A DNA stretch of 64,000 nucleotides from the NCBI GenBank assembly GCA_049423385.1, contig JBMSQQ010000002.1, forward strand, positions 1-64,000, in the 5' to 3' direction. A model generated the notes under the pieces. That model was not told the DNA's origin. It saw only the letters and a list, made by a program, of their open reading frames with translations, and searched no databases. Shown here piece after piece: positions 52,578 to 61,223 of the stretch. Positions within the stretch are counted from its first letter, which is position 1. The number at the start of each line of letters is the position of its first letter. This DNA is from Silvanigrellaceae bacterium. GTDB taxonomy: Bacteria > Bdellovibrionota_B > Oligoflexia > Silvanigrellales > Silvanigrellaceae. Position numbers and translations under genes: made by a program.

Positions 52578-53279
52578 ATGAACAATTTGCAGCAATACAG
52601 TGATATGGCCGCGAGCTGGTGGGATGACTCGGGTCCATTTCAGGACCTGATCCACATGAACCCTGCCAGGTTCGAGTATTTCGACAGTATCTGCAGCGAA
52701 TGGAAACAGAAAACCATCCTTGACCTTGGCTGTGGTGGTGGCTTCGTTGCAGAGGAGTTGGCTCGACGAGGAGCGAACGTTGTTGGAGTCGATCCTTCAG
52801 GTCCACTGCTGGGTGTCGCCAAACAGCATGCCCTCTCGAACGGATTGTCCATCGATTACAGGGTTGGCACCGGAGAGCAGATTCCGGCAGTCGATGCCTC
52901 ATTTGATGTCGTTGTTTGTGTCGATGTGCTGGAACATGTTGCCGATCTTGAAAAGGTGCTGAAAGAGGTGCGCAGGGTTCTCAAGCCCGGCGGACTTTTT
53001 CTGTACGACACCATCAACCGCACACTCTTTTCTTTTGTATGGATGATTGTTGCCCTGGAGTGGATTTCTGGTCGGATTCCGCGCGGAACCCACGACTGGC
53101 GAAAGTTCATTCGACCCGGTGATCTCGCGCAACTTCTTTCTCAAACTGGTTTTACTCCCAAAGGTCAAAAGGGAATCAACATTGGTTCACTGGAACTCAA
53201 GGGTTTCCAGGTGAAACCAAAATTCCGCCTGGGTGCCGGCATGAGCGGAGTTTACGCGGGTTCAGCAGTTCGAGACTGA
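52578..53279 (+). CDS. ubiG: UbiG-like SAM-dependent O-methyltransferase
   Basis: WWD..GPF..MNPAR, LDLGCGGG, VLEHV, TINRT, PRGTHDWRKFIRP. Confidence 0.85.
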   Translation: MNNLQQYSDMAASWWDDSGPFQDLIHMNPARFEYFDSICSEWKQKTILDLGCGGGFVAEELARRGANVVGVDPSGPLLGVAKQHALSNGLSIDYRVGTGEQIPAVDASFDVVVCVDVLEHVADLEKVLKEVRRVLKPGGLFLYDTINRTLFSFVWMIVALEWISGRIPRGTHDWRKFIRPGDLAQLLSQTGFTPKGQKGINIGSLELKGFQVKPKFRLGAGMSGVYAGSAVRD

Positions 53280-53309
53280 TTTTGAATCAAAAGGTCAAAA
53301 GGATTCGCA

Positions 53310-54833
53310 GTGCACTTTCATAAATTGAAAAATCTGCTCGTTGGTGCTGCCCTATTGGGCCCGACAGCATGTGCAACAGTCGGTGGAACACGACAGGCCA
53401 TTTCAATCGACTCAAGTCCTCGTGGATTTCAGGTTGCGGTCAACAGTTATGTCAGGGAAAGCGACCCGAAGACTCCATTCACGGAAGAGGTGAGCCGGGG
53501 GCGCAAACTTCATCTGGTTTATCATTCGGGTGATTTTACAAAAAAACGCAGCATCACTTGCGATTTTCGATATGGCACAGTTCTCATTGGCAACGGAGCA
53601 CTTGCAGCATTGTCTCTCGCCAGTCCGCCTTTGGCGGCCGCCCTTTTGTTGGGTGGGATTGGAACCGACTTCATATCCGGAAGTGCCTTTGATTGTCCGC
53701 AACGGGTGAATCAGGAAATTCAAGTGCCTGAAGCGGTCGAGACCGACATTCAGGAAAAATGCAACAATGTGCTGATACTTCCTCCACGACTCGAGGAGGA
53801 TGATTTGTCTCTGTCCTATGCGCTGATTGCTGAGGCACAAGATTTCGTCAAGCGCTTCGACAAACAGTGCCCAACCTTTGTGAGCTCTGCGACCACCGTC
53901 TCTGCCTTGAAAAGATCTTCGGTCCAGAGTGTGTTGCTTGACGAGCTTTTCAAACCGGAAATGGAAAAGAAACTCGTACAGGTCATACGTGACACCAACG
54001 CCAATCGGGTTGTGGACATGAAGACCTTCAAAAAAAACCAGGGTGAAAGCGAGGTTGAATTTTCGCTTCGCGATTTATATTCCAAGACGGAAATATCCAC
54101 TTTCAAAAAAGTATTTCCCCTTCAGAAAATTGAGAAACTCAAGGGCGGCTGGATTTCCCGCTACATTGGCAAATCGTTGCGCCTTGTACCCAACAGCTTT
54201 GCTTTGTCGACGTCCGTGCCAGCTCTTGGATTGACCAAAAAGGTGGAACTGTCGACCACGGATGATCTGATTCATCGTGACAGCTTTATAGGTATGTTGA
54301 GTTTGACCTCCGTTCAACATCCGGATCAATACGCAAACTGGGATGCAGTCATCGATATTGGTCCGTCGATCTTTTTTGATTCGATTCGCAATCGGATTAC
54401 ATTCGATCCAAATGATGAGGCAGTAAAGGCATTTGTTGCAGACAACCCCGAGGCAAGCAAAAGTTTCGATTTCAACGGCTACGCTTTGAATATTCCCATG
54501 GATGCCATGTTTTCCTTCCATACTCCGGCCGGCGCTTTTCGTTTGTTCGGCGGGGCGGGTGTTGGCTTGTACAAGTCGACTTCACGCGAGGCTGCCTCGC
54601 GTGAACTTCAGGTTTTTCCCAATCTCCATCTGGGCACGGACTGGGTTGGTTATGCGACTCGCAATCTATTCGTTCAAATGGGCGGACATTTGTTTGGAAC
54701 ACTTGGAAAAAAATCTTTGGATGAACGACAGTATTTCGGATTGAATGGATGGCTTTCCTTCACCATCGGTGCAGGGTATTTTTTCCCGGACACTCAAGGT
54801 TATCTCGAGTCCTTGTTTGCAGGCAATCCGTGA
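53310..54833 (+). CDS. Hypothetical envelope protein (PEGA-like lipoprotein N-terminus, probable C-terminal beta-barrel)
   Basis: PTA-CAT..GTRQAISIDSSP; C-terminal alternating strands FGGAGVGLY and SFTIGAGYFF. Confidence 0.6.
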   Translation: MHFHKLKNLLVGAALLGPTACATVGGTRQAISIDSSPRGFQVAVNSYVRESDPKTPFTEEVSRGRKLHLVYHSGDFTKKRSITCDFRYGTVLIGNGALAALSLASPPLAAALLLGGIGTDFISGSAFDCPQRVNQEIQVPEAVETDIQEKCNNVLILPPRLEEDDLSLSYALIAEAQDFVKRFDKQCPTFVSSATTVSALKRSSVQSVLLDELFKPEMEKKLVQVIRDTNANRVVDMKTFKKNQGESEVEFSLRDLYSKTEISTFKKVFPLQKIEKLKGGWISRYIGKSLRLVPNSFALSTSVPALGLTKKVELSTTDDLIHRDSFIGMLSLTSVQHPDQYANWDAVIDIGPSIFFDSIRNRITFDPNDEAVKAFVADNPEASKSFDFNGYALNIPMDAMFSFHTPAGAFRLFGGAGVGLYKSTSREAASRELQVFPNLHLGTDWVGYATRNLFVQMGGHLFGTLGKKSLDERQYFGLNGWLSFTIGAGYFFPDTQGYLESLFAGNP

Positions 54834-55762
54834 ACAGCCCTTCAGCAAAAGACAACCTTTTGTTTGACACCCATGCTCATGCAGATGCATTTCCATTGGT
54901 GGAATGGCGCAGAGTCGCAGAGACAGCTTGGCAAAAAGGTGTGCGCGGCAATCTGAACGCGGGCGTCTGGTGGGACCAGCTGCGAAATCTTCTCGCCAAT
55001 TTTTCCGCATGGACAGTGCCACTTGCGAAAGATGCAGAATCCTTTGATGATTTGCTGTTTCATTCGTCCCATTATCTCATTCTTCCCTGTCTGGGCCTGC
55101 ATCCGATGGAAGTCGCGCTCCGTTGGCATGATGAAACCGGAAAATTCGATTTGGGCAGAGCCCGGATGGACGTTGAAAATTTCAAAAGCGAAGCAACAAG
55201 TTTGAGGCAGTGGATTTGGGCAGTGGGCGAAACCGGATTTGATTGCGCAAAAGAAGTGATGGCTGGCTGGAGTTCAAAAGAAGAACTTCTTCTTGCTCAA
55301 CAGTTTGCCTTTGATGCTTGTATTGAGGTTGCGCTGGAATTGAAAAGACCGATCGTTGTCCACAGCCGTTCTGCTTGGCAAAGATCGATGCAGGCCATCG
55401 AAGTGGCGCTCAGTCAAGGACTCGCGGGGTTCATGATCCACTGTTACGGAGGGCCCGCCGGAGATTTGCAGTGGGTCGCACGGCATGGAGGCTTTGCAAG
55501 CTTTGGTGGAGTACCAACCTGGTCTGCATCAAAAAAGGCGAAAGAGTCGCTCCGGTCTTGTCCCGACAGTGTTCTTCTGTTGGAAACCGATTCTCCTGAT
55601 TTGCCGCCCGAATTGACGTGTGGTGGACGTCCAGAGTGGAACGAGCCTCAGTATCTTGCAGATATTTTGGAGTTTTCAGGTATATTGCGTCACCAACCTC
55701 AGGAAAAGTTGTCCAAATCGAACTATCTGAATTTCCGCCGCTTTCTTTTTGGAAAAAATTGA
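54830..55762 (+). CDS. tatD: TatD family hydrolase
   Basis: DTHAH, GLHP, GETGFD, VHSR, IHCYGG, LETDSP; GTGA overlap with the upstream gene. Confidence 0.88.
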   Translation: MNSPSAKDNLLFDTHAHADAFPLVEWRRVAETAWQKGVRGNLNAGVWWDQLRNLLANFSAWTVPLAKDAESFDDLLFHSSHYLILPCLGLHPMEVALRWHDETGKFDLGRARMDVENFKSEATSLRQWIWAVGETGFDCAKEVMAGWSSKEELLLAQQFAFDACIEVALELKRPIVVHSRSAWQRSMQAIEVALSQGLAGFMIHCYGGPAGDLQWVARHGGFASFGGVPTWSASKKAKESLRSCPDSVLLLETDSPDLPPELTCGGRPEWNEPQYLADILEFSGILRHQPQEKLSKSNYLNFRRFLFGKN

Positions 55763-55899
55763 CGGAGTCTCGGTCGTGTTGTTTTTACTGGTTTGCTTTT
55801 TTGTATAGGCAAATCAGGCGCCCGAAAAGCTTTGGTTTTTTGAAATTAGCTTTTTTTGCCGAAATTGATTCCGATACGCTCTGTGATCGGAGGCAGGAA

Positions 55900-56703
55900 A
55901 TGTTCCCGGCAAGAAAATCCGGACATGTATTGCTAGTGGGCTTGGCCGTGATTGCCACGGTTGTCGTCGGCTGTGGTGGTACTTTGAAAGATATTACCGG
56001 TGGTTCGAGCAGCAAAAATGACACCGACCAGCCACTCAGTCCTTCACCAACAACAGGTTCCTATATTGTTGGTATTCTTGTCGATGAAAATGGCGTGGCG
56101 ATCCCCAATGCGATAGTGACGTACTCTCCAACGGAACAACCTGTTGTCACTGATCAGGAAGGTCGATTTCAAATTCCCTTTCAGGAGAACACGCAGAAAA
56201 TTGTTGATCTCAGAATCAAATTGGCCAGCAACAGTGAAATTTCCGGTTCAATTGAAATTCCTGAGGATGTGAGATCAACGTCAGGATCAGGCATAATCAA
56301 GTCCAGAAGTCTCAAGGTATCGCTCAGCAAAAGCAATTCGATTGCAGGTTCATCCGTTGCCACGAATGCGCCGGCAATTGCTTCCATTGTTCCTTCGTCG
56401 ATTTTGGCGGATGGTCGGGTTTCCCTTGCCGAATTGAATTCATCAGACTCGAGTGTTCAGGCGACTGAACTTTTTACGGTGAGCGTTTCTTCCGGTGGTG
56501 ATGGAAAGTTTGCGCTGATTGAGTCGGAATACGGGTGCAACAGAGTTGTAAATTATCCCTTGACCCGCATGCCCCGAGTTTCCGATGTGAAATTGGTCAA
56601 CGAGGAATCTCTCGTTGTCTGCATGAAGTTTCTTGCTCCGGATGGCTCGGAATCGGTTGCCCGCAGTCCCATATTCACACGCGAGGGCGTCCGCGGAGAT
56701 TGA
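55900..56703 (+). CDS. Lipoprotein with carboxypeptidase-regulatory-like domain
   Basis: GGAGG RBS; VVVG-C lipobox; GILVDENGVAIPNAIV..TDQEGRF. Confidence 0.75.
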   Translation: MFPARKSGHVLLVGLAVIATVVVGCGGTLKDITGGSSSKNDTDQPLSPSPTTGSYIVGILVDENGVAIPNAIVTYSPTEQPVVTDQEGRFQIPFQENTQKIVDLRIKLASNSEISGSIEIPEDVRSTSGSGIIKSRSLKVSLSKSNSIAGSSVATNAPAIASIVPSSILADGRVSLAELNSSDSSVQATELFTVSVSSGGDGKFALIESEYGCNRVVNYPLTRMPRVSDVKLVNEESLVVCMKFLAPDGSESVARSPIFTREGVRGD

Positions 56704-56710
56704 AGGTATG

Positions 56711-57379
56711 CTACAGATTCAATTCCCATCCACCATCTCGCAGGACCCGAACTTCACCGTCTTCGCTCAGATCCAGAATTGTTGAAACACTCAAGGGCAA
56801 GGGTTCGTCACCGGCAATCAGGAGTTTGATCTTGTTTTGTGCATGCCTGAGGACTCCTTCGGCGCTGGTCCACCATCTCTCGAGTGCTTCGTCCCCGTTG
56901 TCATCAACGTAACCTTCCGCCATCAGTTCCTCGCCGTCGGTGACGCTCGTGACCATCAAGGGTGTTTCCAAGGCCTGACAAATAGCCTGGGCTACAGGAT
57001 TGCCTGAAATGCGAATCCCGACAGTGCTGCGGAATTCACCGGTGCTCATCTTGGGGGTGTTTTTGTTGACCGGTAGTATGAGTGTGAAGGGTCCGGGGAG
57101 CACACGATTGACGACTCTGTATGCAGATGTTGACAGTTGGGCGATCTGATTGACCTGATTTGCATTCAGGCAGAGCAAACTGAAGGGTTTATGGCGGGGG
57201 TGAGCCTCGCGCAGCTTCAACAGCGAGGGGTGCGTCGATTTGTGCTCTGCGATTCCGGCATAGCAGTACCCTGTCTCGGTGGGCAGGACGATGACTTCGC
57301 CCTTGCGCAACACGTCAATGGCTCGATCCACGTGCCGTTGATTGATGGTTTTGCCAACGCAGACGAGAATTTCGCTCAC
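56711..57379 (-). CDS. Sua5/YrdC/YciO family protein (YciO-like)
   Basis: VIVLPTETGY, KPFSLLC, LPGPFTLIL, TVGIR, TS, STILDL. Confidence 0.88.
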   Translation of the reverse strand: MSEILVCVGKTINQRHVDRAIDVLRKGEVIVLPTETGYCYAGIAEHKSTHPSLLKLREAHPRHKPFSLLCLNANQVNQIAQLSTSAYRVVNRVLPGPFTLILPVNKNTPKMSTGEFRSTVGIRISGNPVAQAICQALETPLMVTSVTDGEELMAEGYVDDNGDEALERWWTSAEGVLRHAQNKIKLLIAGDEPLPLSVSTILDLSEDGEVRVLRDGGWELNL

Positions 57380-57468
57380 AAATGCTCCAAATAAATGCAC
57401 TTTAAAAAGCGCGAATGAACCGGTTTTGGCCTTGATGTTCTGGTCAATTATGCGACCCTTCTATCCAG

Positions 57469-57543
57469 TTGCGAAGCATCAGTAGTCAAATCAGGTCCAC
57501 CATCCGGAGACGGGCGGTGGATGAGTTGACATCTGCCTTGCGA
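57469..57543 (+). other. Long imperfect hairpin upstream of nuoCD (candidate structured leader)
   Basis: Nested stems TTGCGAAGCA/TGCCTTGCGA, GTCAA/TTGAC, TCA/TGA, TCCACC/GGTGGA, CCG-GAGA-CGG. Confidence 0.45.
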
Positions 57544-57624
57544 TGTCTTTGTATGTGCATGTTTTTGTAAGAATCTGCACAACTTCTAATCACCAGCCGT
57601 GGAATGAACGGAGGCCCTGAGCCG

Positions 57625-59334
57625 ATGGACAATGCGAATCCGTTTTACACCGATCTTGTCGCACAATTGAAAACTGCTTTCTCTGGAATAGAACTTGATT
57701 TTGAGGAAAGAGCAGACAAGCGCCACGAACAGACAATCACTGTCGGAACAGACAAAATTGTCGCTGTCATGGAGACGTTGAAAAGCAAGTTTGGCTTCAA
57801 CTTCCTGATGGACGTTTGTGGTGTGGATTGGCCGGGACGTGAAAAGCGATTCGACGTTGTTTATCACCTTCTCAACAAGGACCTGAATCGACGCCTGCGT
57901 GTGAAATCTGCGGTGGCGGAGGGAGAATCAATTCCCACCATGACCACGGTTTGGGCGGGCGCGAATTGGTTTGAACGTGAAACGTTCGACATGTTTGGCA
58001 TCAAATTCGAAGGACATCCCGACCTCCGGCGCATTCTTTGTCATCAGGAATTTATTGGTTTTCCTCTAAGAAAGGATTATCCCGCCGACAAAATCCAATC
58101 GATGTCGGGAGCGCCACTTGAGCATACATTCGAGGCCGATCGCGAACGCCTGATGCGAAAGCACGACGACGACCTCATGTGGATCAACATTGGTCCGGCG
58201 CATCCAGCGACGCACGGAACCTTGCGTTTCATGGCGGTTATCGACGGTGGTGAAATGATCAAGGAATGCGATTCCGAGATCGGCTATCTGCACCGTTGTT
58301 TCGAAAAAATGTGCGAAACGCACAACTACAATCAAATCATTCCTTACACGGACCGCCTCAATTATTGTTCAGCTCCAATCAACAACAATGCTTGGGCTGC
58401 AACGATTGAAAAGATGTTTGGAGTTCAGGTTCCGCCCAAGGCCACCATGATGCGCATGGTTCTGGATGAATTGTCGCGCATCATTGACCACTATGTTTGC
58501 ATCGGTACCAACGCGGTTGACCTTGGCGCTCTGACCGGCTTTTTCTACATGTTCAATGAGCGTGAAAAGGTTTACACCTTGTTCGAAAAACTTTGCGGTG
58601 CGCGACTCACGGTGTCGCTCACGCGTGTTGGCGGACTTGGTTTTGATCTCCCGCAAGGCTGGATCCAGGATGCCAAGGAAGTTGTTGAGCACATTGCCAA
58701 AACCCATGAGGAAATGGACAAACTGCTGACCAACAACCGAATTTTTGTGCAGCGAACCCGGGGCGCCGGGCCGATTGATCGCAAAACAGCGGTTGAGTGG
58801 GGCTTTACCGGCCCTTGCTTGCGCGCGACAGGCTACGAGATGGATTTGCGCAAGCATGATCCCTACTACTTCTACGATCAGGTTGAATTCGATGTGCCTG
58901 TTGGTCAGAAGGGCGACACCTATGATCGCTATCTGGTGCGCATGGAAGAAGTTCGCCAGAGTATCCGTATTCTCCGCTGGTGCTTGAACAACATGCCCGA
59001 AGGTCCAATTTCGGTCGACAACAAGGCTATCTCATTGCCAAGCAAGAAAGACGTCTATGGCAACATTGAAGGTCTGATGAATCACTTCATGTTGATCATC
59101 AACGGCGTTCAGCCACCCAAGGGCGAAGTGTACCATGCAGTTGAAGGTGCAAACGGAGAGCTCGGCTTTTACGTGATTTCCGATGGCACAGGCACACCTT
59201 ACCGGGTGAAGTGCCGTCCGCCTTGCTTTGCACTGATGAGTGGATTTGCACAAATGGTCATTGGTGGACGACTGGCTGACGCCGTTGCTGCATTGGGATC
59301 CATCAACATCATTGCCGGAGAACTCGACCGTTGA
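57625..59334 (+). CDS. nuoCD: NADH-quinone oxidoreductase fused subunit C/D
   Basis: ANWFERETFDMFGI..GHPDLRRIL..PLRKDYP then NIGPAHPATHG, GYLHR, DRLNY, GELDR. Confidence 0.95.
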   Translation: MDNANPFYTDLVAQLKTAFSGIELDFEERADKRHEQTITVGTDKIVAVMETLKSKFGFNFLMDVCGVDWPGREKRFDVVYHLLNKDLNRRLRVKSAVAEGESIPTMTTVWAGANWFERETFDMFGIKFEGHPDLRRILCHQEFIGFPLRKDYPADKIQSMSGAPLEHTFEADRERLMRKHDDDLMWINIGPAHPATHGTLRFMAVIDGGEMIKECDSEIGYLHRCFEKMCETHNYNQIIPYTDRLNYCSAPINNNAWAATIEKMFGVQVPPKATMMRMVLDELSRIIDHYVCIGTNAVDLGALTGFFYMFNEREKVYTLFEKLCGARLTVSLTRVGGLGFDLPQGWIQDAKEVVEHIAKTHEEMDKLLTNNRIFVQRTRGAGPIDRKTAVEWGFTGPCLRATGYEMDLRKHDPYYFYDQVEFDVPVGQKGDTYDRYLVRMEEVRQSIRILRWCLNNMPEGPISVDNKAISLPSKKDVYGNIEGLMNHFMLIINGVQPPKGEVYHAVEGANGELGFYVISDGTGTPYRVKCRPPCFALMSGFAQMVIGGRLADAVAALGSINIIAGELDR

Positions 59335-59357
59335 GGTCGACATCGAGGAATCAAGAC

Positions 59358-59894
59358 ATGGCTTCATTTTTTTCGGCTCAATTGAATGACACGATTAAAG
59401 GATATCTTGGACGTTACGAAACGAAGCGCTCGAGTATTCTTCCCATTTTGCACGCAATTCAGGACGAAAACGACTGGATCTCGGCCGATGCTGTCCAGGC
59501 TCTCGAAAAGGAGCACGGGTTGAGCGTGGTTGATGTGAACGAAGTTTTGAGCTTCTACACCATGTACCGCAAGACTCCTCCCAAGCCTTATCGTCTTGAG
59601 GTTTGTGGAAGCATCTCTTGCTGGCTCAATGGCGCAGACAAGACGATTTCATCCGCGAAAGAGTACATTTCCCAGGCAGAAAAAAGCGGCAAACCAGTTC
59701 CGTTTGAGTGCCACAAGGTCGAATGCCTTGGCGTTTGCGGATATGCTCCTGTGGCTCTGGTGAACAAGGATCGTCACCTCAACGTGACGCCCGAGAACGC
59801 CCGCAAGCTAATCGACGACTACAGCAAGAAAGAACTTCCCGCAGCAGCCAAAAAGTGCGCAGCCGATCTCGCTGCGCGAGCCGCCAAGAAGTAA
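59358..59894 (+). CDS. nuoE: NADH-quinone oxidoreductase subunit E
   Basis: SFYTMY, CGSISC, ECLGVCGYAP (2Fe-2S ligands). Confidence 0.93.
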   Translation: MASFFSAQLNDTIKGYLGRYETKRSSILPILHAIQDENDWISADAVQALEKEHGLSVVDVNEVLSFYTMYRKTPPKPYRLEVCGSISCWLNGADKTISSAKEYISQAEKSGKPVPFECHKVECLGVCGYAPVALVNKDRHLNVTPENARKLIDDYSKKELPAAAKKCAADLAARAAKK

Positions 59895-59904
59895 GGAGTG
59901 CAGC

Positions 59905-61218
59905 ATGCCGGTGATGAACAGCGCCTACAATGGCCGCCAACCGAACGAATTCAAGATTCTGACCGAACTCGAGGGCGTACCCAACAGCCGTTCGATTGAG
60001 GTTTATAAAAAGCACGGCGGTTATGCCGCGCTTGAGAAAATCCTCAAAGGCAAAATGAGCCAGGAAGAGGTCATCAATATCGTCAAAGCATCCGGATTGC
60101 GCGGTCGTGGCGGTGCGGGCTTTCCAACAGGCATGAAGTGGGGATTTGTGCCGAAAGGAGAAGGTGAAAAATACCTCATCACCAACTTCGACGAAGGCGA
60201 GCCCGGGACGTACAAAGATCGCTACATTGCCGAACTCAATGCGCACATGTTGGTCGAAGGCAAGCTGATCGCAGCCTATGCCATTGGTGCGTCCAAGAGC
60301 TACATCTACTTGCGCGGTGAGTTTTATGACGAAATCGCATGGTGCGAGCAAGCCATCAAGGAAGCCTATGATGCTGGTTATCTGGGCGACAACATCCTTG
60401 GCAGCGGCTTCAAGCATCACATGGATATTTACTGTGGTGCTGGAGCTTATATTTGCGGGGAAGAAACAGGACTCATCAGCTCCCTGGAAGGCAAAAAAGG
60501 CCAACCAAAACTCAAACCGCCATTCCCTGCCGTCAAGGGTTATCTGGGCAAGCCAACTATTGTGAACAATGTGGAGACGCTGGCTGTCGTGCCCTGGATC
60601 ATTCGCAACGGCGCTGAAGCGTATAAAAAATTTGGAACCGAAAAATCAGCAGGCACCAAGTTGTTCAACATCAGCGGGCCGGTGGTGCGTCCGGGTTGCT
60701 ACGAACTGCCGCTCGGCTATCCACTCAAGCGATTCATTTATGAAGACTGCGGTGGATTGATTGGCGGAAAGAAACTCAAGGCCGTGATCCCGGGTGGTGC
60801 TTCGGCCCCCGTTTTGACAGCTGCTGAAGTTGAAAACATGACCATGGACTACGAAGCTTTTGCTGGTGCTGGAACCATGTTGGGCTCGGGCGCGGTCATT
60901 GTGATTCCAGAGGACGTGAGCATGGTGGAAGTGCTCGAGAACCTGATGCACTTCTTCAAGGACGAATCCTGCGGACAGTGCACGCCCTGCCGCGAAGGAA
61001 CGGGTTGGTTGCTCAAGATGTCGCGAGGCATTCTGGATGGCGAAGGTCAGCCAGGCGACGAACAGAAGATTGCAGAGGTTGCCGGCAAGATGATGGGCCG
61101 CACCATTTGCACGTTCTCGGATGCGGCAGCAGGACCAGCACGCAGCATTCCGCAGAAGTTCGCTCATGAGTTTTTGGAATATTACAAGAAAAAGAGCTCT
61201 GCTCACGGACAAGGGTGA
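59905..61218 (+). CDS. nuoF: NADH-quinone oxidoreductase subunit F
   Basis: SGLRGRGGAGFPTG, DEGEPGT, GAGAYICGEET, ESCGQCTPCREG. Confidence 0.96.
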   Translation: MPVMNSAYNGRQPNEFKILTELEGVPNSRSIEVYKKHGGYAALEKILKGKMSQEEVINIVKASGLRGRGGAGFPTGMKWGFVPKGEGEKYLITNFDEGEPGTYKDRYIAELNAHMLVEGKLIAAYAIGASKSYIYLRGEFYDEIAWCEQAIKEAYDAGYLGDNILGSGFKHHMDIYCGAGAYICGEETGLISSLEGKKGQPKLKPPFPAVKGYLGKPTIVNNVETLAVVPWIIRNGAEAYKKFGTEKSAGTKLFNISGPVVRPGCYELPLGYPLKRFIYEDCGGLIGGKKLKAVIPGGASAPVLTAAEVENMTMDYEAFAGAGTMLGSGAVIVIPEDVSMVEVLENLMHFFKDESCGQCTPCREGTGWLLKMSRGILDGEGQPGDEQKIAEVAGKMMGRTICTFSDAAAGPARSIPQKFAHEFLEYYKKKSSAHGQG

Positions 61219-61223
61219 AGGCG

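Noticed and set aside
57490..57520. SRP RNA (TCAGGTCC resembles the 4.5S core)
   Set aside because: Lacks the following GGAAGGAAGCAGC motif; reported only as an unassigned hairpin.
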